From Pyrinomonadaceae bacterium (GTDB lineage Bacteria; Acidobacteriota; Blastocatellia; Pyrinomonadales; Pyrinomonadaceae), in assembly GCA_046313635.1 (NCBI GenBank), contig JBKBYA010000003.1, forward strand, positions 192,001-256,000: 64,000 nt of DNA, given 5' to 3'. Positions 9,575 through 18,556 of this stretch are shown piece by piece; position 1 is the stretch's first letter; every line of letters begins with the position of its first letter. Under the pieces are notes generated by a model. That model was not told the origin of the DNA and did not search any database. It saw only the letters and a program-made list of their open reading frames with translations. The translations under genes and the position numbers were made by a program.

Positions 9575-10636
9575 ATGAGGTTTCCGAAAGCAAAATTCTA
9601 TCTTTTCTGCACGCTGATGGTGTGCGCCGCGACGCTCCGGCTCGCCGCGCAGGACCCGCCGGCCAGGCCGCCGACCGGTAAGGACGCCACGACCGTCAAG
9701 CCCGCGCCCCGCACGCCGCCGGTCGATAAAACGTCACCGGCTCCTCCGCCCTGGCCCGCCGACGGCGACCGCGGCGATCACGAGCGGTCGATCGCCGTCG
9801 ATCAAAAGGTCAACGTGCAGATGTGCATCACAGAGGGCAGCGTCAAGATAAACGGCTGGGCGCGCGATGAGGTCCGCGTCTTTGTCCGCGGCGGCAGCTC
9901 GGTCGGCTTCAAGATACTTCAAAAGAGTCCGCGGTCGGGCAGCCCGGTGTGGATCATGCTGCTCAATGCTCCGCCCAAGGGAATGGCCGGCCCGATAACC
10001 GAGTGCCTCTCCGGCGACGAGATCGAGATCGACGTTCCGGCCGAGGCGGTCGTCAAGCTTAAGGGCCGCGAGACCCGCGTCGCGATCGAGGGCATCCGCA
10101 AGGCATGGGTCGAGGTCGGCGGCGGCGACATTTCGGTGCGGGACGTTTCAGACGGCGTCACCGCAACGACCTTTGAAGGCGACGTGATGGTCGGTGATTC
10201 GCAGGGAGCGATCAATCTGCAGACGACGAGCGGCAACATCGTCGCATTCGGTGCCTCGCCCGGCCAGGTCGGCGATTCGTTCAAGGCCAAGACGCATAGC
10301 GGTGCGATAGTGCTCGAGCGGCTCGACTTCAGACAGATCGAGGTCAATTCGATCTCCGGGACGCTGGTCTACAACGGCAGGTTCGAGAGCGGCGGACTTT
10401 ACACCTTCGGCACGCAGAACGGCACGATCTCGCTCGTCGTGCCAGCCGACTCGTCGGCGACGGTCTCGGCGACCTACGGCTTTGGCGACTTTAGCAGCGA
10501 ACTCCCGCTCAAGGACGTGCAGAAGGTCGGCGGGGCCGGCCCGCGCGGGCTGACCGCTTCGCTCGGCCCGGGCGGCGATGCAAAGCTCAACATCTCAACC
10601 ACCAACGGAACGATCCGCATCCGCAAGCAGCAGTAA
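9575..10636 (+). CDS. DUF4097-like beta-strand repeat exported protein
   Basis: Signal peptide, Pro-rich linker, repeated xTxSGxI motifs, C-terminal STTNGTIRI. Confidence 0.8.
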   Translation: MRFPKAKFYLFCTLMVCAATLRLAAQDPPARPPTGKDATTVKPAPRTPPVDKTSPAPPPWPADGDRGDHERSIAVDQKVNVQMCITEGSVKINGWARDEVRVFVRGGSSVGFKILQKSPRSGSPVWIMLLNAPPKGMAGPITECLSGDEIEIDVPAEAVVKLKGRETRVAIEGIRKAWVEVGGGDISVRDVSDGVTATTFEGDVMVGDSQGAINLQTTSGNIVAFGASPGQVGDSFKAKTHSGAIVLERLDFRQIEVNSISGTLVYNGRFESGGLYTFGTQNGTISLVVPADSSATVSATYGFGDFSSELPLKDVQKVGGAGPRGLTASLGPGGDAKLNISTTNGTIRIRKQQ

Positions 10637-10651
10637 ATTCCGTTCTCGTAT

Positions 10652-10948
10652 TTAGACGTCCGTCAGGCTGCGGCCGGTTCGCGACGCGAACTGCTCGGCC
10701 ATCGACGGTATCTCGCCGCTTCGCTCGTCGCGGGTCATCCGCTCGACGCGCCACATCGGAAAGAATTGGTCCGACATGCTCAGGTAACTTTCGCCCGCGG
10801 CGACCGAGCGGCTCCAGTCATCGAAGTATTCGAGGTCGATGACCCGCGCCGAGATGCCGGCTGTCGAAACCTCGCCGAGCACGCCCACGAGCTTTTCGCG
10901 AGGGCTGTGCAGGATGATCGTCACGATGTCGCCCGATGTAAATGGCAT
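10652..10948 (-). CDS. Small conserved-looking hypothetical protein (Sm/SH3-like)
   Basis: 98-aa ORF with PREK..G and FFPMWRVER motifs, native codon style. Confidence 0.65.
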   Translation of the reverse strand: MPFTSGDIVTIILHSPREKLVGVLGEVSTAGISARVIDLEYFDDWSRSVAAGESYLSMSDQFFPMWRVERMTRDERSGEIPSMAEQFASRTGRSLTDV

Positions 10949-10958
10949 GGAGCAGTCG

Positions 10959-11146
10959 GTGGTCAGTGGTCGGTGGTCGGTGGTCGGTGGTCAGTGGTCG
11001 GTGGTCGGTGGTCAGTGGTCAGTGGTCAGAAAATTCAAAAAACCAAAAACCAAAAACAAAAGACCAATGACAAATGACCAATGACAAATGACCAATGACC
11101 AATGACAAATGACAAATCCCCAAATCGCAAATCCAAAATCGCAAAT
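10959..11146. repeat. Compound heptamer tandem-repeat tract
   Basis: 10x GTGGTC(A/G) at 10959-11028, A-rich heptamers, 8x GAC(A/C)AAT at 11062-11117, then AAATCGC/AAATCCA units. Confidence 0.95.
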
Positions 11147-11197
11147 CCCGTTCCGATTATTCTAAACTTGTCACATCGGCAAATGTAGTCCGCGGCT

Positions 11198-13852
11198 ATG
11201 CATATTTCAAAGGTCGAGCTTGAGAATATCAAGTCCCACGCCTCAACTACCTTCGACTTCTCGCCGGGCACGACCGCGATCACAGGCGAAAACGGAGCGG
11301 GCAAGACGACGATCATCGAGGCGATCGCATGGGCTCTCTTTGACGTGCTCGAATACAAAAAGGACGAGTTTGTCCGCCGCGGAGCGCAGAAGGGCAGTGT
11401 GCGCGTCACATTCGAGAGCGGCCTCGACGAGCGCGAGTATCAGGTCTACCGCGACACCGCGACGGGCTATTACGTTTACGACCCCGCGATACAGACGCGC
11501 ATCGCAAACAAAAAAGAAGAGGTCACGCGATTTCTCTGGCAGCATCTCGGTCTCGAGCCGGGCACGGATCTGCGAGCGCTCTTTCGCGAGGCCGTCGGCG
11601 TGCCGCAGGGAACCCTGACCGCCGTCTTTCTGGCGACGCCGACCGAGCGCAAGGCGACATTCGACCGCCTGCTCAAGGTCGAGGAGTATCGCCAGGCCGC
11701 CGAAAAGCTGCGCGAGACGGCAAGGTACGTCGAGCAGCAGATCACGATCGTCGATCTCGCGATCGCGCGTGCCGAGGGCGAACTTGCTCGTGAGGATGCG
11801 GTCGCCGACGAGCTGCGCTCGGTGCGAGCGACACGCGAAGACCTTGTCGAGCGCATCGCGCAGCTTGAGAGTTCGGCCGCCGAGGCCGCGGGCCGGATCA
11901 AAGAACTAGACCTGCAGGAGCAAAAGATCGCCGAGCTCAGCGCGGCCGCCGAGAGCGCCCGCGCCGAGCGGCAAAAGGCCGAGCTGCTCCTCGCGCAGTG
12001 CCAGAACGAGCTCGACCAGTCGCGTGCGGCGGCGGCCGAGATCGAGAGCGTCCGCCGAGACTCGGCGCGGCACGTAGAGGCTCTCGGCCGGCTCAAAGAG
12101 CTCGAACGCGAACGCGGCGAGCGTGACCGCCTGCGCGACGAGCTGCAAAAGGTCGAAAGGGCCGAGGCGCTCGTTCGCGCCGACGAAAAGCGTGTCGGCT
12201 CCGAGCTCGACGCAGCCCAAAAGGCCCGGGCGGCCATTGCCGATCTGAAGCCGCTCGTCCCAGAGCAGGCGCGGCTCGAGAGAGAGGTCGAGCGGCTTCG
12301 CGACGAGCTCGCGCGAGCACGCGCCGTCGAGGGGCAGATCAGAAGTCTCGACGAACGGCTCGGCCGGCTTCGCGACGCATACAGGGCGAATCAGATCGAG
12401 CTGCGAGAGACCGAGGCGAGATCTGCCGCGGCCGCTCGCCTCGCCGATCTCGAGACGCGCGACGCGGCGCTTGTGCGGCGGCTAGCCGAGCTGCGTGCCA
12501 CGCTCGAGCGCGACGAGCGGCTGCAGAGCGAGATACGCGACGGCCTGTGCCCGATACTCGCCGAACGCTGCCGCAACCTCGATAACGGCCGCACGCTCGA
12601 GGGATTTATCCGCGAACAGTTTGCCGAGCTCCGGTCGCAGATCGGCACGCTCGAGGTCGAGCACGCGGGCATCGCTTCGGAGCTCAAGGCGGCGCGTGCC
12701 GCCGACCGGCATTCAAAGGCGCTCGAGACGCTGCGGCGGCGAGAGAGCGAATTGTCGGGCGAGGGCAAATGTCTGCGCGACGAGCGCGCGGCGCTCGAGC
12801 GCCAGCTCGCCGACATCGCCGCTCTCGAGGCCGATCTGGCGGCGGCCGAGGCCGAGCTCGCGCGGCTCGACAGCCCGCGAACTCATATCGAATTTTACGA
12901 GCGTCAGGCGGCGGCCGAGCCGCGGCTTCGCGAGGAGCTCTCTGCCGTCGAAAAGAATCTCGAGCGCCTCGAGAGCGACCGGCGGATCCTCGTCGAGCAG
13001 ATCGATGTGTACAAGGACCTCGACGAGCAGTGGACGCGCCTCACGGCCGAACGCGACGCAACGGCCGCCGCGCACCGGACATTTATCGCCAACGAGCGGC
13101 TCGCCGCCGCGCTCGCTGAACGAGAAGCGAAGCAGAACGAGGCCCGCGAAAGGCTGGCGAGCTGCGAGAGCTCATTCGAGCGGGCCTCCCGATCGCTCGC
13201 CGACGAGTGCGCAAACTACGATCGCGACGCGCACGCCAGAGCGCGCGTCGAGCTCGCCGATCTCAGTTCGCAGATCGCCTCGGCCTCGGCGACGCTCGAG
13301 ATCACGAACGCACGCGAAGGGCAGCTCTCGGGCGAGCTCAGCAGGCTGACCGAGCTGCGCGCGTCGCTTCGCGGCGAGTACGCGCAAAAGGAGCGGCTCG
13401 AGAGGACGGCCGAGACGACCGCCTTTATCCGCGACACGCTCCGCGAGGCCGCGCCGCGCGTGGCAAAGAATTACGTTCACTTCGTCTCGCTCGAGGCCAA
13501 TCAGCTCTACCGCGAGATCTCGGGCAAGCTCGAGCAGTCGCTCGAGTGGTCGGAGGATTACGGCATCTTTATCGACGAGGAAGGCTTCAAGCGGCCCTTT
13601 GTCAGTCTCTCGGGCGGCGAGCAGATGGCCGCGGCGCTCGCGGTCAGGCTCGCGATACTGAAGCAACTCTCAGACATTCGCATCGCATTCTTTGACGAGC
13701 CGACGACCAATATGGACGCCGCCCGCCGCGAGAATCTCGCGCAGGAGATCAGCCGGATCAAGAACTTTGACCAGCTCTTTGTCATCTCGCACGACGACAC
13801 GTTCGAGGGATATGTCGATCAGACGGTGCGGGTGTCAGAACCCGCTGCGTAA
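11198..13852 (+). CDS. sbcC: SbcC/Rad50-like SMC ATPase
   Basis: GENGAGKTT Walker A, long coiled coil with central CPILAERC, LSGGE signature, FFDEPT, ISHD. Confidence 0.88.
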   Translation: MHISKVELENIKSHASTTFDFSPGTTAITGENGAGKTTIIEAIAWALFDVLEYKKDEFVRRGAQKGSVRVTFESGLDEREYQVYRDTATGYYVYDPAIQTRIANKKEEVTRFLWQHLGLEPGTDLRALFREAVGVPQGTLTAVFLATPTERKATFDRLLKVEEYRQAAEKLRETARYVEQQITIVDLAIARAEGELAREDAVADELRSVRATREDLVERIAQLESSAAEAAGRIKELDLQEQKIAELSAAAESARAERQKAELLLAQCQNELDQSRAAAAEIESVRRDSARHVEALGRLKELERERGERDRLRDELQKVERAEALVRADEKRVGSELDAAQKARAAIADLKPLVPEQARLEREVERLRDELARARAVEGQIRSLDERLGRLRDAYRANQIELRETEARSAAAARLADLETRDAALVRRLAELRATLERDERLQSEIRDGLCPILAERCRNLDNGRTLEGFIREQFAELRSQIGTLEVEHAGIASELKAARAADRHSKALETLRRRESELSGEGKCLRDERAALERQLADIAALEADLAAAEAELARLDSPRTHIEFYERQAAAEPRLREELSAVEKNLERLESDRRILVEQIDVYKDLDEQWTRLTAERDATAAAHRTFIANERLAAALAEREAKQNEARERLASCESSFERASRSLADECANYDRDAHARARVELADLSSQIASASATLEITNAREGQLSGELSRLTELRASLRGEYAQKERLERTAETTAFIRDTLREAAPRVAKNYVHFVSLEANQLYREISGKLEQSLEWSEDYGIFIDEEGFKRPFVSLSGGEQMAAALAVRLAILKQLSDIRIAFFDEPTTNMDAARRENLAQEISRIKNFDQLFVISHDDTFEGYVDQTVRVSEPAA

Positions 13853-13941
13853 GCGGCGGGCCAGTTTGTTGGTTGTCCGCGACCGACAGCGTACTGACCG
13901 TCCGACGGAACTGGACGCCCGCTAACGCAGGCGGTTCTGAC
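13834..13941. repeat. REPIN-like element (inverted pair of GTCAGAAC REPs)
   Basis: GTCAGAACCCGCTGCGTAAGCGGCGGGC and inverted GCCCGCTAACGCAGGCGGTTCTGAC; same termini flank the RAYT at 51854-52575. Confidence 0.85.
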
Positions 13942-13952
13942 TTTTGATCATC

Positions 13953-14411
13953 ATGAAACATGTAACCATCGTCTGCGACGGATCGAGCCTCGGCAACGGG
14001 CGCGGAGAGACCCGCGCCGCGGCCGTCGCGGTGCTCGGCTTCAAGGGGCTTTGGAAGGCGGTCGGCGAGTATCTCGGCAACGCGACCAACCAGCAGGCCG
14101 AGATCGCCGCCGCGACGATCGGGCTCAAGCAGCTCAAGGAGCCGTGCCGCGTGCGCGTGCTGAGCGATTCGCGTTACGTCGTCGAGACGATGACCGGCAA
14201 CTTTCGCAAAAAGACCAACCACGACTGGTGGGCAAGATTAGAAAAGGCCGCATCTCCACATACGATCGAGTGGGAGTGGCTCAAGGGCCACGCCGGCCAC
14301 GCCGTGCAGGAGGTCGCCGACAAGACGGCCCGCAAGATCGCCTCGATGGGACGTGTCGACGAGACGCTGCTCGCCGAGGCCGCCGCCGATATCGGCGTGC
14401 TTGAACTATAA
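13953..14411 (+). CDS. rnhA: Ribonuclease HI
   Basis: CDGSSLGN, ATNQQAEI, SDSRYV, WLKGHAGH, VAD. Confidence 0.93.
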   Translation: MKHVTIVCDGSSLGNGRGETRAAAVAVLGFKGLWKAVGEYLGNATNQQAEIAAATIGLKQLKEPCRVRVLSDSRYVVETMTGNFRKKTNHDWWARLEKAASPHTIEWEWLKGHAGHAVQEVADKTARKIASMGRVDETLLAEAAADIGVLEL

Positions 14412-14438
14412 TCATCACGACGCTCCTTACTTCTGCAG

Positions 14439-16436
14439 ATGAATTCGAGCCCGCTCGCCGCATTGGTCCGTCAGTCTCTCACCGCGCTTGCCGCGTCGAC
14501 GATCGTCGCGCTCGCGGTGGTATCGAATGCGGCCGCCCAGCAGCGGAGCATTCAGGGCTGGACGTGGCAAAATCCGGCGCCGCAGGGCAACACTCTGCTC
14601 GCGATCCACTTTGCGCGCGACGGCCAGACCGGCTACGCGGTCGGCGCCGACAAGACCATCCTCGCGACCGCGGACGGCGGGTTTGCGTGGCAGCAGCTCT
14701 TTTCGCCGGTTGACGTAAATCTCTCGGGCGTATTTGTCCGCGACCGACGCAACGCGGTCGTCGTCGGCGCGCGCGGAACGATACTGATAACCGACAACGG
14801 CCGCGAATGGCGCCGGGTACCGGTCGAGAGCCGCGATCATTTTTACGGCGTGACATTCGCGGGCGAACGGATGCTGACCGGCTGGGTCGTCGGCACATAC
14901 GGCCGCATCCTCAAGACCCGCGACGGCGGCGAGAATTGGACCGATCAGCCCTCGGGCACGACCGAGCACCTCACCGGCATATCCGCCGCCGACGAGCAGC
15001 ACGCGCTGGCCGTCGGCGCCGCGGGGAGCGTGCTGCTGACGAGCAGCGGCGGAGCGGCGTGGACGTCGTCGCGGCCCTGCGGCGACAACGCACGCGTGAC
15101 CGCGGCCCATTTGCTCTCGGCGTCAAATGCCGTCGCGGTCGGCACCGGCGGCTGCGTCGCGCGCAGTTCGGACGCCGGAGCGACATGGGAGCGCGTCGAG
15201 ACCTTTAATCGCGCCGACTATCTCGCGATATCGTTCGCCGACGCCAAACGCGGCGGTGCCGTCGATTCGTCCGGCACGGTCTGGCTGACCGGCGACGGCG
15301 GAGCGACGTGGCTGCCATTCGCCGTGCGGACGTCGCCGCGGCTCGAAGATCTATTCTTCTCACCCGGCTCCCGCATCGGCTGGGCCGTCGGCGAGAACGG
15401 CCTCATCGTTCGCACGGATGACGGCGGATTCAGCTGGCAGCGTCTGACGGGCGGCGGCCGCGACGACGTCGCCGATCTCTTATTTCTCGACGAGAATTAC
15501 GGGATCGCCGTCGGCGCCCGCGGCCGCATCCTGCTTACCGACAACGGCGGCGACGTCTGGTACCCGGTCTATTCGGAGACGAGCGCAAATCTGAATTCAA
15601 TATCCTTTGTCAATTTGCAGCGTGGCTGGATAGTCGGCGACGGCGGCACGGTGCTGCGCACGATCAACGCCGGTGCGAGCTGGGGCAAGGGCTTGTCCGG
15701 CGTGAGCGAGGACCTCTTTGGCGTCGACTTTGCCGACGAAAGGATCGGCGTCGCCGTCGGGGCCAACGGAATGATCATCCGCAGCGACTCGTCGGGAGCG
15801 TACTGGCGGCAGGTCGAGTCGGGCACCCGCGCGTGGCTCGAGGACGTGAAGTTCGCCGACCAGAATGTCGCGGTCGCCATCGGCGACGGCGGCACGATCA
15901 TCCGCAGCACGGACGGCGGAGCGACATGGCAAAAGGTCAGCCTGCGAATAAGGGCCGACCTCCATTCGCTGAGCTTCTACGACGAGAGGACGGGCTACGC
16001 CGTCGGGTCGGGCGGCACGATCCTCAGGACCGACGACGGCGGCGCGACCTGGAACTTGCAGGAGTCGGCCTCGGGCGCAGATCTCTACGCCGTCTCGGCC
16101 GCGGGCCGCAACGCCGCGATCGCGGTCGGAGCGCTCGGCACCGTGCTCGTCACGACAAACGGCGGCGAGCGTTGGGAGTCGCAGCCGACCGTCACGGGCA
16201 AGCTGCTGCAGGCCGTCGCATTTCTCGGCGAGCGCCGATTATGGATCGCCGGCCGCGGCGGATCCATCATCCGACGGACCGAACCTCTCACGCCCGGCAC
16301 GATCAAGTCGCCGGGCCTGCCGCCCGTTCTGCGCTCGGCGGCGGGGCGTTCGCGGCCCAAGCCGCGCGTGCCGCTCGTCACGATCCCCGACGACGGCGAC
16401 ATCGCTCCCGCGATCAAACCAAAAGGCGATAATTAA
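14439..16436 (+). CDS. YCF48-like BNR-repeat beta-propeller exported protein
   Basis: Signal peptide, WTWQNPAPQGN, many VG..G.I..T.DGG..W repeats. Confidence 0.88.
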   Translation: MNSSPLAALVRQSLTALAASTIVALAVVSNAAAQQRSIQGWTWQNPAPQGNTLLAIHFARDGQTGYAVGADKTILATADGGFAWQQLFSPVDVNLSGVFVRDRRNAVVVGARGTILITDNGREWRRVPVESRDHFYGVTFAGERMLTGWVVGTYGRILKTRDGGENWTDQPSGTTEHLTGISAADEQHALAVGAAGSVLLTSSGGAAWTSSRPCGDNARVTAAHLLSASNAVAVGTGGCVARSSDAGATWERVETFNRADYLAISFADAKRGGAVDSSGTVWLTGDGGATWLPFAVRTSPRLEDLFFSPGSRIGWAVGENGLIVRTDDGGFSWQRLTGGGRDDVADLLFLDENYGIAVGARGRILLTDNGGDVWYPVYSETSANLNSISFVNLQRGWIVGDGGTVLRTINAGASWGKGLSGVSEDLFGVDFADERIGVAVGANGMIIRSDSSGAYWRQVESGTRAWLEDVKFADQNVAVAIGDGGTIIRSTDGGATWQKVSLRIRADLHSLSFYDERTGYAVGSGGTILRTDDGGATWNLQESASGADLYAVSAAGRNAAIAVGALGTVLVTTNGGERWESQPTVTGKLLQAVAFLGERRLWIAGRGGSIIRRTEPLTPGTIKSPGLPPVLRSAAGRSRPKPRVPLVTIPDDGDIAPAIKPKGDN

Positions 16437-17314
16437 CGCGCGACCAGCACTGAGATCCATTCGCCCGCCTGCTCGACGGTGAGATCCGTCTGCCCGCGAG
16501 CGGCGAGCTCGGCCTCGATTACTGGCCTTTGTTCGGCAAGAATTCCGGAGAGTAAAAGAGAGCGTGACGACTTGGCCAACAGCAGGTCGAGAAGCCGGAC
16601 GATGACGTCGATCGTCAGATTTGCGCAGACAAACGCAAAGACGTGCGTGCCGGCGTCGATCGAGCCGTCAAAGAATCTGATCCGCTCCGCGACGCCGTTC
16701 AAGATCGCGTTCTCGCGCGCTATCGAGACGCTGTCGAGGTCGGTGTCGCAGGCGACGATCTCGGCCGATCCGTCGCCGAGCTTTGCCGCGGCGATCGCGA
16801 GGATGCCCGTTCCCGTTCCGACATCGAGGAATGAATCGGCAGGATCATAATTCGCCTCGATCGCCGCGAGGCAGAGCTGCGTCGTCTCGTGCGTGCCCGT
16901 GCCGAATGCCATGTTCGGCTCGATGCGGATGACGATGCGGTCGCGGTCGTCGACCTCAGACCACGGCGGAGCGACGACAAAACGCCCGATCTCGCTCGGC
17001 TGCCAATGCTTTTTCCATTCGCTGAGCCAGTCCTGATCGACGACCTCTCGATGCGATGTCGAGACGATCGCCGAGCGTTCGAGATCGTAAATGCCGAGCG
17101 CTCGCGCGAGCTCGTCATTCAGCGCGTCGTCGCTCGGCAGCTCGTGAAAGTATCCGATCACGGTCACCGCCTCAGCGCTCGTGCGGCGAAGGTGATTGAT
17201 CTCCGTGCCGAGCGCGTCGAGCTCATTGAGCGCGTGCTCGGCCGCTTCGACAGCGGCGGGGACGACCGTTACCTCGCAGGCAAACCACTTCTGTTTTTCG
17301 TCGGATGTACTCAT
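16433..17314 (-). CDS. prmA: Ribosomal protein L11 methyltransferase
   Basis: DWLSEWK, PNMAFGTGTHETT, LDVGTGTGILAIAA, LSGIL. Confidence 0.95.
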   Translation of the reverse strand: MSTSDEKQKWFACEVTVVPAAVEAAEHALNELDALGTEINHLRRTSAEAVTVIGYFHELPSDDALNDELARALGIYDLERSAIVSTSHREVVDQDWLSEWKKHWQPSEIGRFVVAPPWSEVDDRDRIVIRIEPNMAFGTGTHETTQLCLAAIEANYDPADSFLDVGTGTGILAIAAAKLGDGSAEIVACDTDLDSVSIARENAILNGVAERIRFFDGSIDAGTHVFAFVCANLTIDVIVRLLDLLLAKSSRSLLLSGILAEQRPVIEAELAARGQTDLTVEQAGEWISVLVAR

Positions 17315-17331
17315 CGATCGGTGCGGCAGAT

Positions 17332-18231
17332 TTAACGGTCGAGCCCGAGCTCGTCGAGCGTCGCCTCGCGGTTTCGCCAGTCCTCGACGACCTTTACAAA
17401 AAGCTGCAGGTATACTCGCTTGCCCGTGAACTGCTCGATCTCGAGCCGTGCCTTTGTGCCGACATCGCGCAGCCGCGAGCCCTGCTTGCCGATGATGATC
17501 TTTTTTTGCGAAGGCCGTTCGACGTAGATCGCGCAGAATATGCGGAGCAGGTTCGGGTCCGTCTCGTCAAACATCTCGGTGACGACGGCCGTGACGTACG
17601 GTATCTCTTCACCGGTTGTCTCGAGGATCTTTTCGCGCACCATCTCGGCGACCAGCACGCGCATCGGCTGGTCGGTCAATTCGTCCTCGGCAAAGATCGG
17701 CTCGCCCTCGGGCAGGTGCCGGGCGATGCTCGACAGCAGATCGTCGATCGCCTCGCCGCGGAGCGCAGAGACCGGAATGATCTCCTCGAACTCGAACTCT
17801 TTGGAGTACCACTCGATGAGCGGCAGGAGCTCATTCTTGTTTTTGATCTTGTCGATCTTGTTGAGCACGAGCACGGCGGGCTTGCCCGATCTCTTTACGA
17901 GCTCGAGCACGAAGCGGTCGCCGTTGCCGGTCGATACGCTCGCGTCGCGCATCAGTACGAGCACGTCGACCGACATCACCGCGTCGTTGACCGCGGCCAT
18001 CATCCGGCGGTTGAGCTGAAAGCCCGGCTTGTGCACTCCCGGCGTGTCGACAAAGACGATCTGTCCCTCGGGCCGCGTCACGATGCCCTGGATGCGGTGA
18101 CGGGTCGTCTGCGGCTTATTCGATACGGCCGCGATCTTTTCGCCGACAAGGCGATTGAGCAGCGTCGACTTGCCCGCGTTCGGCCGACCGACCAGCGCGA
18201 CATAGCCGCTGCGAGATCCACTGTCTGTCAT
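17332..18231 (-). CDS. era: GTPase Era
   Basis: GRPNAGKSTL, KPQTTR, DTPG, NKID, EEIPY, IIIGKQG KH domain. Confidence 0.97.
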   Translation of the reverse strand: MTDSGSRSGYVALVGRPNAGKSTLLNRLVGEKIAAVSNKPQTTRHRIQGIVTRPEGQIVFVDTPGVHKPGFQLNRRMMAAVNDAVMSVDVLVLMRDASVSTGNGDRFVLELVKRSGKPAVLVLNKIDKIKNKNELLPLIEWYSKEFEFEEIIPVSALRGEAIDDLLSSIARHLPEGEPIFAEDELTDQPMRVLVAEMVREKILETTGEEIPYVTAVVTEMFDETDPNLLRIFCAIYVERPSQKKIIIGKQGSRLRDVGTKARLEIEQFTGKRVYLQLFVKVVEDWRNREATLDELGLDR

Positions 18232-18419
18232 TGTCTAAAAGTTAGCAGACCGCACCCCGAATCGGAAAAAGCCGCGTCCTGTCGCACCGCCGCAGTCAAA
18301 CGGCAGTCAAATAGATGAACGCCTATCCGGACGCGTATGTTTTCGATCTTAGGCGAGTCTTGGCCGAGGAGACTGATCATTCCCGCCGCGTACTAAGTCC
18401 CGCCGCGCTGAAAAAGTTC

Positions 18420-18450
18420 TTTACAGCGGGGGGGGGGGGTGATTTATATT
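18420..18450 (+). promoter_or_regulatory. Candidate sigma70 promoter with poly-G spacer
   Basis: TTTACA (18420-18425), G12 tract (18428-18439), TATATT (18445-18450); 19-nt spacer. Confidence 0.55.
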
Positions 18451-18556
18451 CTTCGCACACATTCAGATTGACCATTCGGTCCACATTGTTCGATCTGTAA
18501 ATTCCCAAGCCGGTCAGCAGTATCGCCGCTTAAGAAAGAAAAAGGAGATTCCCATA

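Noticed and set aside
10959..11146. CRISPR array
   Set aside because: Units are 7-nt tandem repeats without unique spacers; no cas genes in the window
10766..11409. ORFs with WSVVGGR / FVIGHWS repeats
   Set aside because: Translations of the heptamer tract overlapping real genes
18315..18500. 61-aa ORF spanning the poly-G run
   Set aside because: No clear RBS or motif; the promoter-spacer reading explains the tract better, though a frameshift switch cannot be excluded
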